DNA of 64,000 nucleotides from Bacteroidota bacterium (GTDB lineage: Bacteria > Bacteroidota > Bacteroidia > Bacteroidales > TTA-H9), in the NCBI GenBank assembly GCA_003250395.1, contig QKGM01000044.1, positions 116,550-180,549 on the forward strand. The letters are read 5' to 3'. Shown piece after piece: positions 17,396 through 26,324 of this stretch (position 1 is the first letter of the stretch; each line of letters begins with the position of its first letter). The notes beneath the pieces were generated by a model, which worked only from the letters and a program-made list of their open reading frames with translations, was not told the origin of the DNA and searched no databases. A program made the position numbers and the translations under genes.

Positions 17396-19090
17396 ATGAC
17401 AACTCAGCTGCCAGTCTATACCGTAAGCAACAACTGCCAGGATTGTTACAAATGTATCAGACAATGTCCTGTTAAAGCGATCAGGATTGAAAACTCAAGA
17501 GCAGGGATCATTGAAGATCTTTGCATTAGTTGCGGTCATTGCACCGTCGTCTGTCCGGCAGGAGCCAAACGTTATCGCAGCGACCTTCAGTTGGTAACAA
17601 CGTGGATCGATGCAGGCGAAGAAGTGGTGCTTTCGGTTGCCCCTTCGTTATTTGCATTTATCAACGGCACCCGGCAGGAAATTCTTAACCATTTGTGGTC
17701 GCTTGGGTTTTCACATGTATCGGAAACTGCATGGGGAGCAGAGCAAACCAGTATAGCCACTGAGAAATGGCTTACTGATTACCAGGGTAATGTTGCTATT
17801 TCTACAGCATGCCCGTCGGTGGTATCACTTGTCGAGAAGTATTACCCTCAATTCATTCCGGGTCTTGCCCCGGTAGCCTCACCCATGCTGATGCACGGGG
17901 CTATGCTGAAAAACACATTCGGACCGGATGTAAAAGTTGTATTTGCAGGCCCTTGTATCGCGAAAAAACTGGAAGCCTCATGCGCTCATGGAGAAATAGA
18001 TGCTACACTTACAATAAATGAGTTGCTTCAACTTCCATCTATTCGTCCTCCCGATCTGAATCAGTCTCAAGGCTGGTATCCGGGTATGGCTGATGGGAAA
18101 AGCAGAAATTATCCATTGGAAGGGGGAATGCTCCGGTGTATCGATTTTAAAAAACTGGCATTCCACCCTGTCGCTTTCTCAGGATTGCAAACCTGTATGA
18201 AAATTCTCGACGACTTAACTTCGGCTCCGTTTCCTGAAAATGTATTCCTTGAATTACTTGCCTGCGAGGGAGGTTGTTATATGGGGCCAGGTACACCTGA
18301 TACTGGTTCAGCCATCAGACGTAAAAGAGGTATTGTCCGACAAAATGGGGAGGCAGCCCTTTCCGTTACCGGATTTGACATACCGGAAACATTACCCGAC
18401 CGCGCGGGACTTCCCACTGGAAATGTAACACATTGCGTATATGACGAAAGTGATATTGTTTCTGCCCTGGAATCTGTTGGAAAGCATACCCCGGCTGATG
18501 AGCTGAATTGTGGAGGCTGCGGCTATGATTGTTGTCGTGAACTGGCGATCGCTTTGCTCGAAGGAAAAGCAGAACGAACCATGTGCGTTTCATATATGCG
18601 CAGGGTTGCACAAGATAAGGCCAGCGTTTTACTCGAGAAAATGCCCTATGGTGTTGTGATGGTTGACGACAAGCTCCGGATAGTTGACGCTAACCGGAAT
18701 TTTGCGATAATGCTGGGAACAGAAACAGAGGAAGCATTTGATGCAAGACCTGGCCTGGAAAGCGCCGATTTGCGCAAAATTGCAGGTTTCTACAAAATCT
18801 TCTCCTCGTCAATCAATACTGGTGAAGAAAGAGTAGAACATGATATCCGCCAGGGGGATCAATACTTTCACGTCTCGGTTGTTACTATTTTAAAATACAA
18901 ACTGGTTTGTGGCATTATGCAGAATATGAAAGATGAACGAACCCGCCGTGAAATGGCCACCGACCGGGTGCAGGAGGTGATTACCCAGAACATGAAGGTG
19001 GTTCAGCAAATTGCTTTTCTTCTTGGTGAGAATGCTGCCTATACCGAAACCATGCTTAACTCAGTAATCGAATCACACGATGCCGGTTAA
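17396..19090 (+). CDS. Sensory-type [FeFe]-hydrogenase-like protein with C-terminal Cys4 motif and PAS domain (HydS/HfsB-like)
   Basis: 564 aa. Two CxxCxxCxxxCP ferredoxin motifs. H-cluster motifs in variant form (STACPS, GPCIAKKLE, ELLACEGGCYMGPG). CGGCGYDCC..C motif, then a PAS-like region. Confidence 0.85.
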   Translation: MTTQLPVYTVSNNCQDCYKCIRQCPVKAIRIENSRAGIIEDLCISCGHCTVVCPAGAKRYRSDLQLVTTWIDAGEEVVLSVAPSLFAFINGTRQEILNHLWSLGFSHVSETAWGAEQTSIATEKWLTDYQGNVAISTACPSVVSLVEKYYPQFIPGLAPVASPMLMHGAMLKNTFGPDVKVVFAGPCIAKKLEASCAHGEIDATLTINELLQLPSIRPPDLNQSQGWYPGMADGKSRNYPLEGGMLRCIDFKKLAFHPVAFSGLQTCMKILDDLTSAPFPENVFLELLACEGGCYMGPGTPDTGSAIRRKRGIVRQNGEAALSVTGFDIPETLPDRAGLPTGNVTHCVYDESDIVSALESVGKHTPADELNCGGCGYDCCRELAIALLEGKAERTMCVSYMRRVAQDKASVLLEKMPYGVVMVDDKLRIVDANRNFAIMLGTETEEAFDARPGLESADLRKIAGFYKIFSSSINTGEERVEHDIRQGDQYFHVSVVTILKYKLVCGIMQNMKDERTRREMATDRVQEVITQNMKVVQQIAFLLGENAAYTETMLNSVIESHDAG

Positions 19091-20270
19091 CCTTAACAAC
19101 GCCTTTCTCGAAACGGGTTGGTCACAACTAAGTAAGGCAGGAAACCAGGTATGTGGCGACACAATCCTTACACGTCGCATCCAATCTGAGAACAGGTATG
19201 TGGCTGTTTTAAGCGATGGGCTGGGGAGTGGAATCCGCGCTTCAGTATTATCGACCATGACCGCGGGTATGGCGCTGAACTTTACCCTGAGCCATGAACC
19301 GGTAAAGAGAACCGCCGAAACAATCATGAGAACATTACCGGTCGATTCAAAGCGAAATATCAGTTATTCTACCTTTACCATTCTTGATGTTGATTGCCAG
19401 GGCGATATGAATATTGTCGAGTATGACAACCCGCCTCTCTTCCTGATTCGCGACCTTGAAGTTATATTCCCTAAACGTGAGAATATTCAGGCCCAAGGAC
19501 CTGCAGGCTTTAAAACCATGCATCTAAGTCAGTTATCGTTACAACCAGGTGACCGGGTTGTAGTGGTTTCGGATGGTGTCGTTCAATCTGGAATAGGTGG
19601 CCCGGTGACACCATTTGGCTGGGAAATTGGTGGATTAACTAATTATGTACAGGCACTTCTGGTAACAACTCCCGACATCTCGGCACGTGATCTGGCTGCC
19701 CGCATTTCCAGCCACAGTCTTTCGAACGACCACATGACCTCCGCTGACGATATCAGTTCACTTGTATTTTATTATCGCGAACCCAGAAAGCTCCTGATTT
19801 GCTCAGGGCCACCCTATGATAATTCCAGGGATGCATACCTTGCCTCAAGAGTCGATTCCTTCGCCGGTAAGAAAATCATCTGTGGCGGCACTACAGCCCA
19901 GATTCTCTCCCGGGAACTCAACAGGATCATTGACGTTGACCTTTCCACTCCCATGTTTGGAGTCCCCCCTGAATCGAGCATGGAAGGAATTGATATGATA
20001 ACTGAAGGCATTTTGACGCTTGGAAAGCTTGCCGAAGCCCTGTCGACAGGCAACTTCGATTCGCTTGCCGAAAAAAGCCCCATAGCCAGGATTATCAAAT
20101 TAGTGATGAATTCTGACATTATTGAGCTCCTCACCGGTACCCGTATTAATCAGGCCCATCAGGACCCTGCCCTTCCCATGGAACTCGAGATCAGAAGAAA
20201 CGTCGTGAAAAGGATTGCCCGTATCCTGGAAGATAAATACATGAAAGAAGTAAAGGTCAGCTACATATAA
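19080..20270 (+). CDS. PP2C/SpoIIE-family serine phosphatase with an uncharacterised C-terminal domain
   Basis: 396 aa. VAVLSDGLGSGIRAS and VVVVSDGVVQSG metal-binding motifs. The start overlaps the upstream stop by 11 nt. Confidence 0.8.
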   Translation: MPVNLNNAFLETGWSQLSKAGNQVCGDTILTRRIQSENRYVAVLSDGLGSGIRASVLSTMTAGMALNFTLSHEPVKRTAETIMRTLPVDSKRNISYSTFTILDVDCQGDMNIVEYDNPPLFLIRDLEVIFPKRENIQAQGPAGFKTMHLSQLSLQPGDRVVVVSDGVVQSGIGGPVTPFGWEIGGLTNYVQALLVTTPDISARDLAARISSHSLSNDHMTSADDISSLVFYYREPRKLLICSGPPYDNSRDAYLASRVDSFAGKKIICGGTTAQILSRELNRIIDVDLSTPMFGVPPESSMEGIDMITEGILTLGKLAEALSTGNFDSLAEKSPIARIIKLVMNSDIIELLTGTRINQAHQDPALPMELEIRRNVVKRIARILEDKYMKEVKVSYI

Positions 20271-20603
20271 CCAACAGAATTTAATTGGCGGTTACCGGCA
20301 ATAACAACAAAAAACTGCTGCACAAACTGTATGGCATTACAACGTATTGTCAACTATTATCGTTAACTCTTCCTGATCAGTGTACTGTACCCATCAATGG
20401 GTCAACTGTCCTGCTATTCAGTTTTAACCGGAATATATGACCGGAAATGTCAAAAAAAAGAGGATACAGGTATCGGTTCACAACAACAACCGAGATCAAA
20501 AAAACGGGGCAATTCTGGTTCTGTAACCCCTAAAAAACCACATTATTCTACCACAAAACACAAATTCACAAAACACTGATAAACAGCTACCAGACATAGT
20601 GTC

Positions 20604-20667
20604 GGTTCGTAGTGGCTTCGAAGCAGCTTCGAAGCAGTTTCGTATTCAAACGAACCCGCTACGAATT
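20604..20667. repeat. Intergenic element: 3 x 11-nt direct repeat (GCTTCGAAGCA) enclosed by a short stem
   Basis: GCTTCGAAGCA GCTTCGAAGCA GTTTCGTATTC, flanked by TTCGTAG ... CTACGAA. An inverted, related copy lies at 58005..58065. Confidence 0.7.
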
Positions 20668-20876
20668 CAAATTGGACAAACCACAAATGAAATATAAATC
20701 TGATTTAACAATAACATAGAATAGTTTCACAAAATTTTCGTTGGTAAAACATTTGCAAACCACATCATGAACACAGCACCCGGGGATTTGGTAATATTGC
20801 AGCAAGGATTATTAATATGAGATGGAACGATTCACCAGAAACATTTAATTTTGATTAGAATTTTTAATAGGATTAT

Positions 20877-21392
20877 ATGAAAGCACCTTCCAATCCGAAG
20901 TTAAAAATCCTCCCCAACCGGCTTGATCGGTTGATAGAAGTTATCGGTTGGGTTATACTGGGGCTCTTATGGTGTTTGACTATCTGGGCATTAATAACGA
21001 TCTCCGGTGATGTTCCTATCCATTTTAACTTTCACGGCGACCCGGACCGGTATGGACCGATAGGCTTCATCATCCTGATACCAGTCATGACAACACTGAT
21101 ACTGGCCGGAATCACATGGCTTAATCGTTACCCTCATATTTTCAATTATCCGGTAAAGATTACCGCCGAAAACGCGCTGAAACAATATACAATGGCCATC
21201 CGCCTGCTACGGATAATAAAACTCTCAATTGCACTCATATTCCTGATAATCAATATTTCTATTATCACCACAGCTAATGGAACCATTAAAAACACACCGT
21301 TTTGGTCTTCCGCTTCAATTATCGTTTTGATTATCATTATCGTGTTTCTCCCGTTCACGGTCTACCTCTCGAAGTCATCCAGAAAGAAGTAA
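20877..21392 (+). CDS. DUF1648-family membrane protein
   Basis: 171 aa, 4 TM segments. IHFNFHGDPDRYG resembles the DUF1648 signature. Confidence 0.6.
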   Translation: MKAPSNPKLKILPNRLDRLIEVIGWVILGLLWCLTIWALITISGDVPIHFNFHGDPDRYGPIGFIILIPVMTTLILAGITWLNRYPHIFNYPVKITAENALKQYTMAIRLLRIIKLSIALIFLIINISIITTANGTIKNTPFWSSASIIVLIIIIVFLPFTVYLSKSSRKK

Positions 21393-21542
21393 TCTGAACT
21401 TATAACGCCTGACTGATGTTTAATTAGAATAATTACTGTCGATGATACTTAATTTATAAACAGCCTGGAGGAAAAAGTCAGATAGAGAGTTATTGAAATC
21501 AAAGTTCTTCTTCAGGTTATACCGGATAAAACCTTTTTATCT

Positions 21543-22721
21543 ATGAAACGGATTCTTTTAATCGCTTTGCTTTCATTTCTGGCCAACCAGATAACCCGAT
21601 CACAGGGGGTAATGGTAACTGATACAGTTGATGCGGTTTCGTTGAAAAATAACCTGATTGGAGAGTCTTCCAGGCAATGCATCGCGGTATATTTACCACT
21701 CTCCTATCAACTCTTCAGCGAAAAGCATTACCCCGTAATCTATTATCTTCCCGATTACGGCGAAACCACGGAATACTATCTCGAAGGTTACTACAATGGC
21801 TTTTTTCTCGACAAAACGATGAATGAACTTACTTTGAGTTCGAAGATATCGGAGATGATTGTAGTAATTATAAACGGGCACAACCGCCTTGGAGGGAGTT
21901 ACTTTCACAATTCTCCGGTCACTGGCAACTGGGAAGATTTTGTGGTAAATGACGTGGTAAAACACGTCGACAGTTTGTATCGCACACTGCCACAGAAGGA
22001 ATCAAGAGCCATACTGGGGATGTCGATGGGAGGCAATAGTGCCTTTCAGATAGCCATGAACCATCCCGATATTTTTGCATTATGTGTAACTCAATGTGCT
22101 GATTTTATAAGGCCTGGAGAGATCACCAAAACTCCGATGTTTAGAGATCCACAACAGATCAGGCGAACCTATCACCTGATAGATTATCTGGGACAGTTTT
22201 CTTCTGAAGAAGCTCATCGCCAGTACCTGGATACCATTACTTCGTTAAACCGAAAGGGTGACTGGATGATGTTAATGGGATTGGCCTATGGTTCAGCTTT
22301 TGCCCCAAACCCATCACTGCGGGCACCTTACTTCGATTACCCCTATTTTCTCACCGAAGACGATGCCCTGATTCTCAACCCAGATATTTTGAAGCGTTAT
22401 GAAGAGGGGGGCGGTTCGCTGATGGTAAAAGTAAAAAAACATTCCCGTCAGTTAAGGAGGCTAAGAGGAATCGGGTTTGCATACGGGACCGGTGATTTGT
22501 TTCGCTGGATACCTGCCGGGAATCAATACCTTGATAGTCTGCTTACGAGCAAGAGGATTAAGCATACTACCTGGGTGAATGAAGGCGGGCATTGTGAACA
22601 ACTACGACAACAAATGGAAGAAGCGATACTTCCCTTTATAAGCAAACGGCTGGACTTCAATACAGGAAGTTTTCACCACCGCAGGGGAAAAGGCGGAACA
22701 AAGAAACAAACCCAAAAGTAA
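21543..22721 (+). CDS. Secreted esterase-family alpha/beta hydrolase
   Basis: 392 aa. Signal peptide and GMSMGG nucleophile elbow in a putative-esterase-like context. Confidence 0.65.
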   Translation: MKRILLIALLSFLANQITRSQGVMVTDTVDAVSLKNNLIGESSRQCIAVYLPLSYQLFSEKHYPVIYYLPDYGETTEYYLEGYYNGFFLDKTMNELTLSSKISEMIVVIINGHNRLGGSYFHNSPVTGNWEDFVVNDVVKHVDSLYRTLPQKESRAILGMSMGGNSAFQIAMNHPDIFALCVTQCADFIRPGEITKTPMFRDPQQIRRTYHLIDYLGQFSSEEAHRQYLDTITSLNRKGDWMMLMGLAYGSAFAPNPSLRAPYFDYPYFLTEDDALILNPDILKRYEEGGGSLMVKVKKHSRQLRRLRGIGFAYGTGDLFRWIPAGNQYLDSLLTSKRIKHTTWVNEGGHCEQLRQQMEEAILPFISKRLDFNTGSFHHRRGKGGTKKQTQK

Positions 22722-23013
22722 ATTGTATTTACCTGCCCTGATGAGGCTTGGCAACCGAAAAGCCTTATTCAGATGTTCATAAACGGAATAAAAGATCTGA
22801 CTTTGCCTCTTTAGCACGAAGAACCATCATTAAGAATCCTGCCAATACAGATCAGACAATCTTTATATTACCAATTTGATGTATCTGTTCATCCATCACC
22901 AGGTTGATTGAAATACTCTCTACATTATTTAGTTCTCAGGAGTAATTCCGTAAAATGCAGATACAGGAAATTGTTCGTGGTTAATCAGAAAATGAAAAGA
23001 GATTTTGAAGGAT

Positions 23014-23049
23014 AAATAAAAAAAGGAACCATTAAAACAGGTTCCTTTT
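23014..23049 (-). terminator. Intrinsic terminator after tRNA-Ala
   Basis: AAAGGAACC / GGTTCCTTT stem followed by a T-run on the minus strand. Confidence 0.7.
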
Positions 23050-23059
23050 GTAATCCGGG

Positions 23060-23133
23060 TGGAGCGTAAGGGAATCGAACCCTTGACCTTTAGACTGCCA
23101 GTCTAACGCTCTAGCCAACTGAGCTAACGCCCC
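23060..23133 (-). tRNA. tRNA-Ala (anticodon GGC)
   Basis: 74-nt cloverleaf folded by hand. Anticodon loop CTGGCAG, G3:U70 alanine identity pair, GTTCGATTC T-loop. CCA is not encoded. Confidence 0.9.
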
Positions 23134-23252
23134 GGATCGTTTGGAGGCAGCAAATGTACAACTATTTTACATTCCGGCAAGAAATTTTTGTAATTTCATC
23201 CCCCCGATTGCCTCAGCGGCAGATCGTCTAATGTTATTACACAATCTTTTGC

Positions 23253-23972
23253 ATGTCAAAACTCTATTTAGTTCCTACCCCTATTGGTAACCTTGAAGAC
23301 ATTACTCTCCGTGCGCTAAGAATCCTGAAAGAGGAGGTAGATATTATTCTATGTGAAGACACACGCACATCGGGAAACCTGTTGCGGCACTATGGGATAG
23401 ATAAGCGATTGGTTGCTCATCACCTTCACAATGAGCATCAGACAGCAGAACGAATTGTACAGCAACTTGAAGCCGGCCAACGGATGGCCCTTGTTACCGA
23501 TGCAGGAACCCCGGGGATCAGCGATCCCGGCTTTTTACTCGTGCGAGCCTGTGTTGATGCGGGCATTCAGGTTGAGACACTGCCGGGGCCAACAGCCTTT
23601 ATTCCTGCCCTGGTTAATTCAGGTCTACCCTGCGACCGGTTCTTCTTTGAAGGCTTTCTGCCCCATAAAAAAGGGAGGGCTACCCGTATAGAATATCTTG
23701 CAGAATTGGAATACACGCTTGTACTTTATGAATCTCCATTCAGGCTTGCAAAAACATTAGGGCAACTGGCCGATAAATTTGGCCCGGAAAGAAAAGCGGC
23801 GGTTTCCCGTGAACTGACAAAACTATTTGAAGAAAACAGAAGGGGAACACTGGCTGAATTATGCGATCACTACCAGAAAAATACTCCCAAAGGTGAAATT
23901 GTAATCATCGTGGAAGGGACGGGAAAGAACGGGAAGAGGCAAGCTGATGAAGAATCAAATGATGAGGAGTGA
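23253..23972 (+). CDS. rsmI: 16S rRNA (cytidine1402-2'-O)-methyltransferase
   Basis: 239 aa. LYLVPTPIGNLEDITLRAL and CEDTR motifs typical of RsmI. Confidence 0.9.
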   Translation: MSKLYLVPTPIGNLEDITLRALRILKEEVDIILCEDTRTSGNLLRHYGIDKRLVAHHLHNEHQTAERIVQQLEAGQRMALVTDAGTPGISDPGFLLVRACVDAGIQVETLPGPTAFIPALVNSGLPCDRFFFEGFLPHKKGRATRIEYLAELEYTLVLYESPFRLAKTLGQLADKFGPERKAAVSRELTKLFEENRRGTLAELCDHYQKNTPKGEIVIIVEGTGKNGKRQADEESNDEE

Positions 23973-24784
23973 TTAACATGATTACCCAATCAGACATAGT
24001 TGCCCGTGACTGGCTACATCTGCAGGAATTACTCTTCCGCGACAGTTATGATACAAAGATCGACAGGTTTCGCTCATCTTATGTATATCGCGGGCTCAGC
24101 GACAGGAGCTACGAATTAAAGACCAGCCTTATAAGGCTCGGGAGCGCATCAGCTGTTCTGGAACGGCATCTGCTCCGTAATTTCCGTAAATATGCCCGGC
24201 GCAATGATGTACCTGGTGATTCGGTATGGAACTGGTTAGCCGTTGCACAACATCATGGATTGCCGACCCGCTTGCTCGATTGGACCTATTCTCCTTATGT
24301 GGCTTTACATTTTGCTACAGCAAACCTGACGAAGTTCGATACTGATGGAGTTATATGGTGTGTCAATTACGTAAAGACAAACCAATATCTGCCATCAGCA
24401 CTTCATGAGCCTCTCAGGGATGAGGGAAGCAATGTGTTCACGCCATCAATGCTTGATCCTGTTTGTAATTCATTACGTCAGCTTGAATCACTTCAGCCCG
24501 ATCCATTTGCCCTGTTTCTGGAACCCCCTTCAGTAGATGAACGAATTGTAAACCAGCATGCCTTGTTCTCGATGATGTCGAATCCGACCACCTTGTTCAA
24601 TCCCTGGCTTGAATCCAATCCTGGTATCTTTTTCCGCATTATAATTCCCTCGGCTTTGAAATGGGAAATCCGTGATAAACTCGATCAGGCAAATATCACA
24701 GAGCGGGTATTGTTTCCCGGCCTTGATGGCCTGAGCATATGGCTAAAACGGCAATACAGCCCTAAAACAACAGAAACTATATAA
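23969..24784 (+). CDS. FRG-domain protein
   Basis: 271 aa. YRGLSD..., AVAQHHGLPTRLLDWTYSPYVALHFA and DERIVNQHALFS match FRG-domain hallmarks. The GTG at 23969 overlaps the rsmI stop; an alternative ATG is at 23978. Confidence 0.75.
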   Translation: MINMITQSDIVARDWLHLQELLFRDSYDTKIDRFRSSYVYRGLSDRSYELKTSLIRLGSASAVLERHLLRNFRKYARRNDVPGDSVWNWLAVAQHHGLPTRLLDWTYSPYVALHFATANLTKFDTDGVIWCVNYVKTNQYLPSALHEPLRDEGSNVFTPSMLDPVCNSLRQLESLQPDPFALFLEPPSVDERIVNQHALFSMMSNPTTLFNPWLESNPGIFFRIIIPSALKWEIRDKLDQANITERVLFPGLDGLSIWLKRQYSPKTTETI

Positions 24785-24790
24785 AACAAA

Positions 24791-25231
24791 ATGTCATACA
24801 CTTATAAGTATCCCCGACCCTGCATTACGGTTGATATTATTCTTTTCAGGAAGAAAGCAGGACCAACAGAAGTACTGCTGATTCAACGCGACAAGGATCC
24901 CTTTGCAGGAAGATGGGCCTTCCCCGGCGGGTTTGTAGATATGGATGAAGAGCTGGAAGCTGCAGCTTACAGGGAGCTGTTTGAAGAGACCGGAATATCG
25001 AATGTTAAACTACAACAATGGAGAACCTTTGGTGCCGTAAACCGTGACCCCAGGCATAGAACCATTACCGTTGTCTACAAAGGTTGGGCTGACGACAATA
25101 AGATAGAACCACCTGTAGCTGGTGATGATGCCCGAAACGTAAAATGGTGGCGTATTGATCAGCTTTCTCCGCTCGCATTTGACCATACATTCATTCTGAC
25201 TGAAGCTCTTCAATCATGCAATGAATGCTGA
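24791..25231 (+). CDS. NUDIX hydrolase
   Basis: 146 aa with a Nudix box, GGFVDMDEELEAAAYRELFEETG. Confidence 0.88.
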   Translation: MSYTYKYPRPCITVDIILFRKKAGPTEVLLIQRDKDPFAGRWAFPGGFVDMDEELEAAAYRELFEETGISNVKLQQWRTFGAVNRDPRHRTITVVYKGWADDNKIEPPVAGDDARNVKWWRIDQLSPLAFDHTFILTEALQSCNEC

Positions 25232-25311
25232 TTTTTTTCACCTGCAGATAGTACCAAAATTGTAATAAACGCTTTAGTAATCCGTCATACCAACTTTATC
25301 CTTTCTATATC

Positions 25312-26268
25312 ATGATGTCAGCAGAAAGTACTTCTTCGCGGTCACTCATCCTGGGATGCATGGGGATGGGGGGAGCATGGGATCAAAATCCGGTCTCCGG
25401 TGCCGATGAAACAAGAGCAGCAAATGCTGTAGATGCAGCCCTGGAATCCGGGATTTCGATCTTCGACCACGCCGATATATACACCTTTGGGAAAGCTGAA
25501 ACAGTATTTGGGAGATTGCTTGCATCCCGCCCTTCTCTACGACAGGCAATCCATATACAATCAAAGACCGGGATCAGACTTAACGCCGGTGAAAACGGAA
25601 GTACCCATTATGATCTGAGCCGTAATTACATCATTGAGCAAACCCTTGCTATTTTGAAGCGATTACAGACTGATTATCTTGACACTTTGTTTCTTCACAG
25701 ACCAGACCCCCTGATGGATGGGGCAGAAATAGCTGCCGCGTTTGAATGGCTGCATTCACGTGGGGTTGTCAGATTCTTTGGCGTCAGTAATATGCATCTG
25801 AAGCACATCCGTTATATCGCCGGACAGAGCCACTTCCCGATCGTGGCTAATCAACTGCAGTTTAGCCTTGGTCATCGTCTTTTGATAGAATCAGATATAT
25901 CAGTAAATCAGAAAAATACAGAAGCAACTGCCTCTACTGATGGGTTGCTGGCATACTGCCACGATCAGGAGATAATGATTCAGGCCTGGAGCCCGCTTGA
26001 CAAAGGGAAGTATCTTCAACCCGACAGCGATGATACAACAACAAAGAATACGAACCGGAAAGTTCACGAGTTGGCTGATCGCTATCAGGTACCGCCAGAG
26101 TCAGTCTTATTGGCATGGCTGTTCGCGATGCCTGTCAGAGTTGTTCCGGTAATTGGAACGCTAACGCCTTCTAGAATAAAGGCTTGTGCCAGGTCGCTTG
26201 ACGTAAGACTATCAAGAAAAGATTGGTATGATTTATGGATTACTGCACGCGGAGTTCCTTTGCCCTAA
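25312..26268 (+). CDS. Aldo/keto reductase
   Basis: 318 aa. AKR-family layout (DHADIY, LHRPD, GVSN) with a conserved C-terminal region. Confidence 0.85.
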   Translation: MMSAESTSSRSLILGCMGMGGAWDQNPVSGADETRAANAVDAALESGISIFDHADIYTFGKAETVFGRLLASRPSLRQAIHIQSKTGIRLNAGENGSTHYDLSRNYIIEQTLAILKRLQTDYLDTLFLHRPDPLMDGAEIAAAFEWLHSRGVVRFFGVSNMHLKHIRYIAGQSHFPIVANQLQFSLGHRLLIESDISVNQKNTEATASTDGLLAYCHDQEIMIQAWSPLDKGKYLQPDSDDTTTKNTNRKVHELADRYQVPPESVLLAWLFAMPVRVVPVIGTLTPSRIKACARSLDVRLSRKDWYDLWITARGVPLP

Positions 26269-26324
26269 ATCGGGTAAACCACTACATCACAGAATAAAGC
26301 AGTAGACATTTTATAAACTGAAGA

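Noticed and set aside
20397-20579. 60-aa ORF in the gap after the phosphatase gene.
   Set aside because: The product is Lys/Gln/Thr-rich and low in complexity, with no start context. It is most likely a non-coding spacer.
20615-20647. The 11-nt tandem repeats as a mini CRISPR array.
   Set aside because: The units are contiguous with no spacers and far too short (11 nt), and there are no cas genes in the window.
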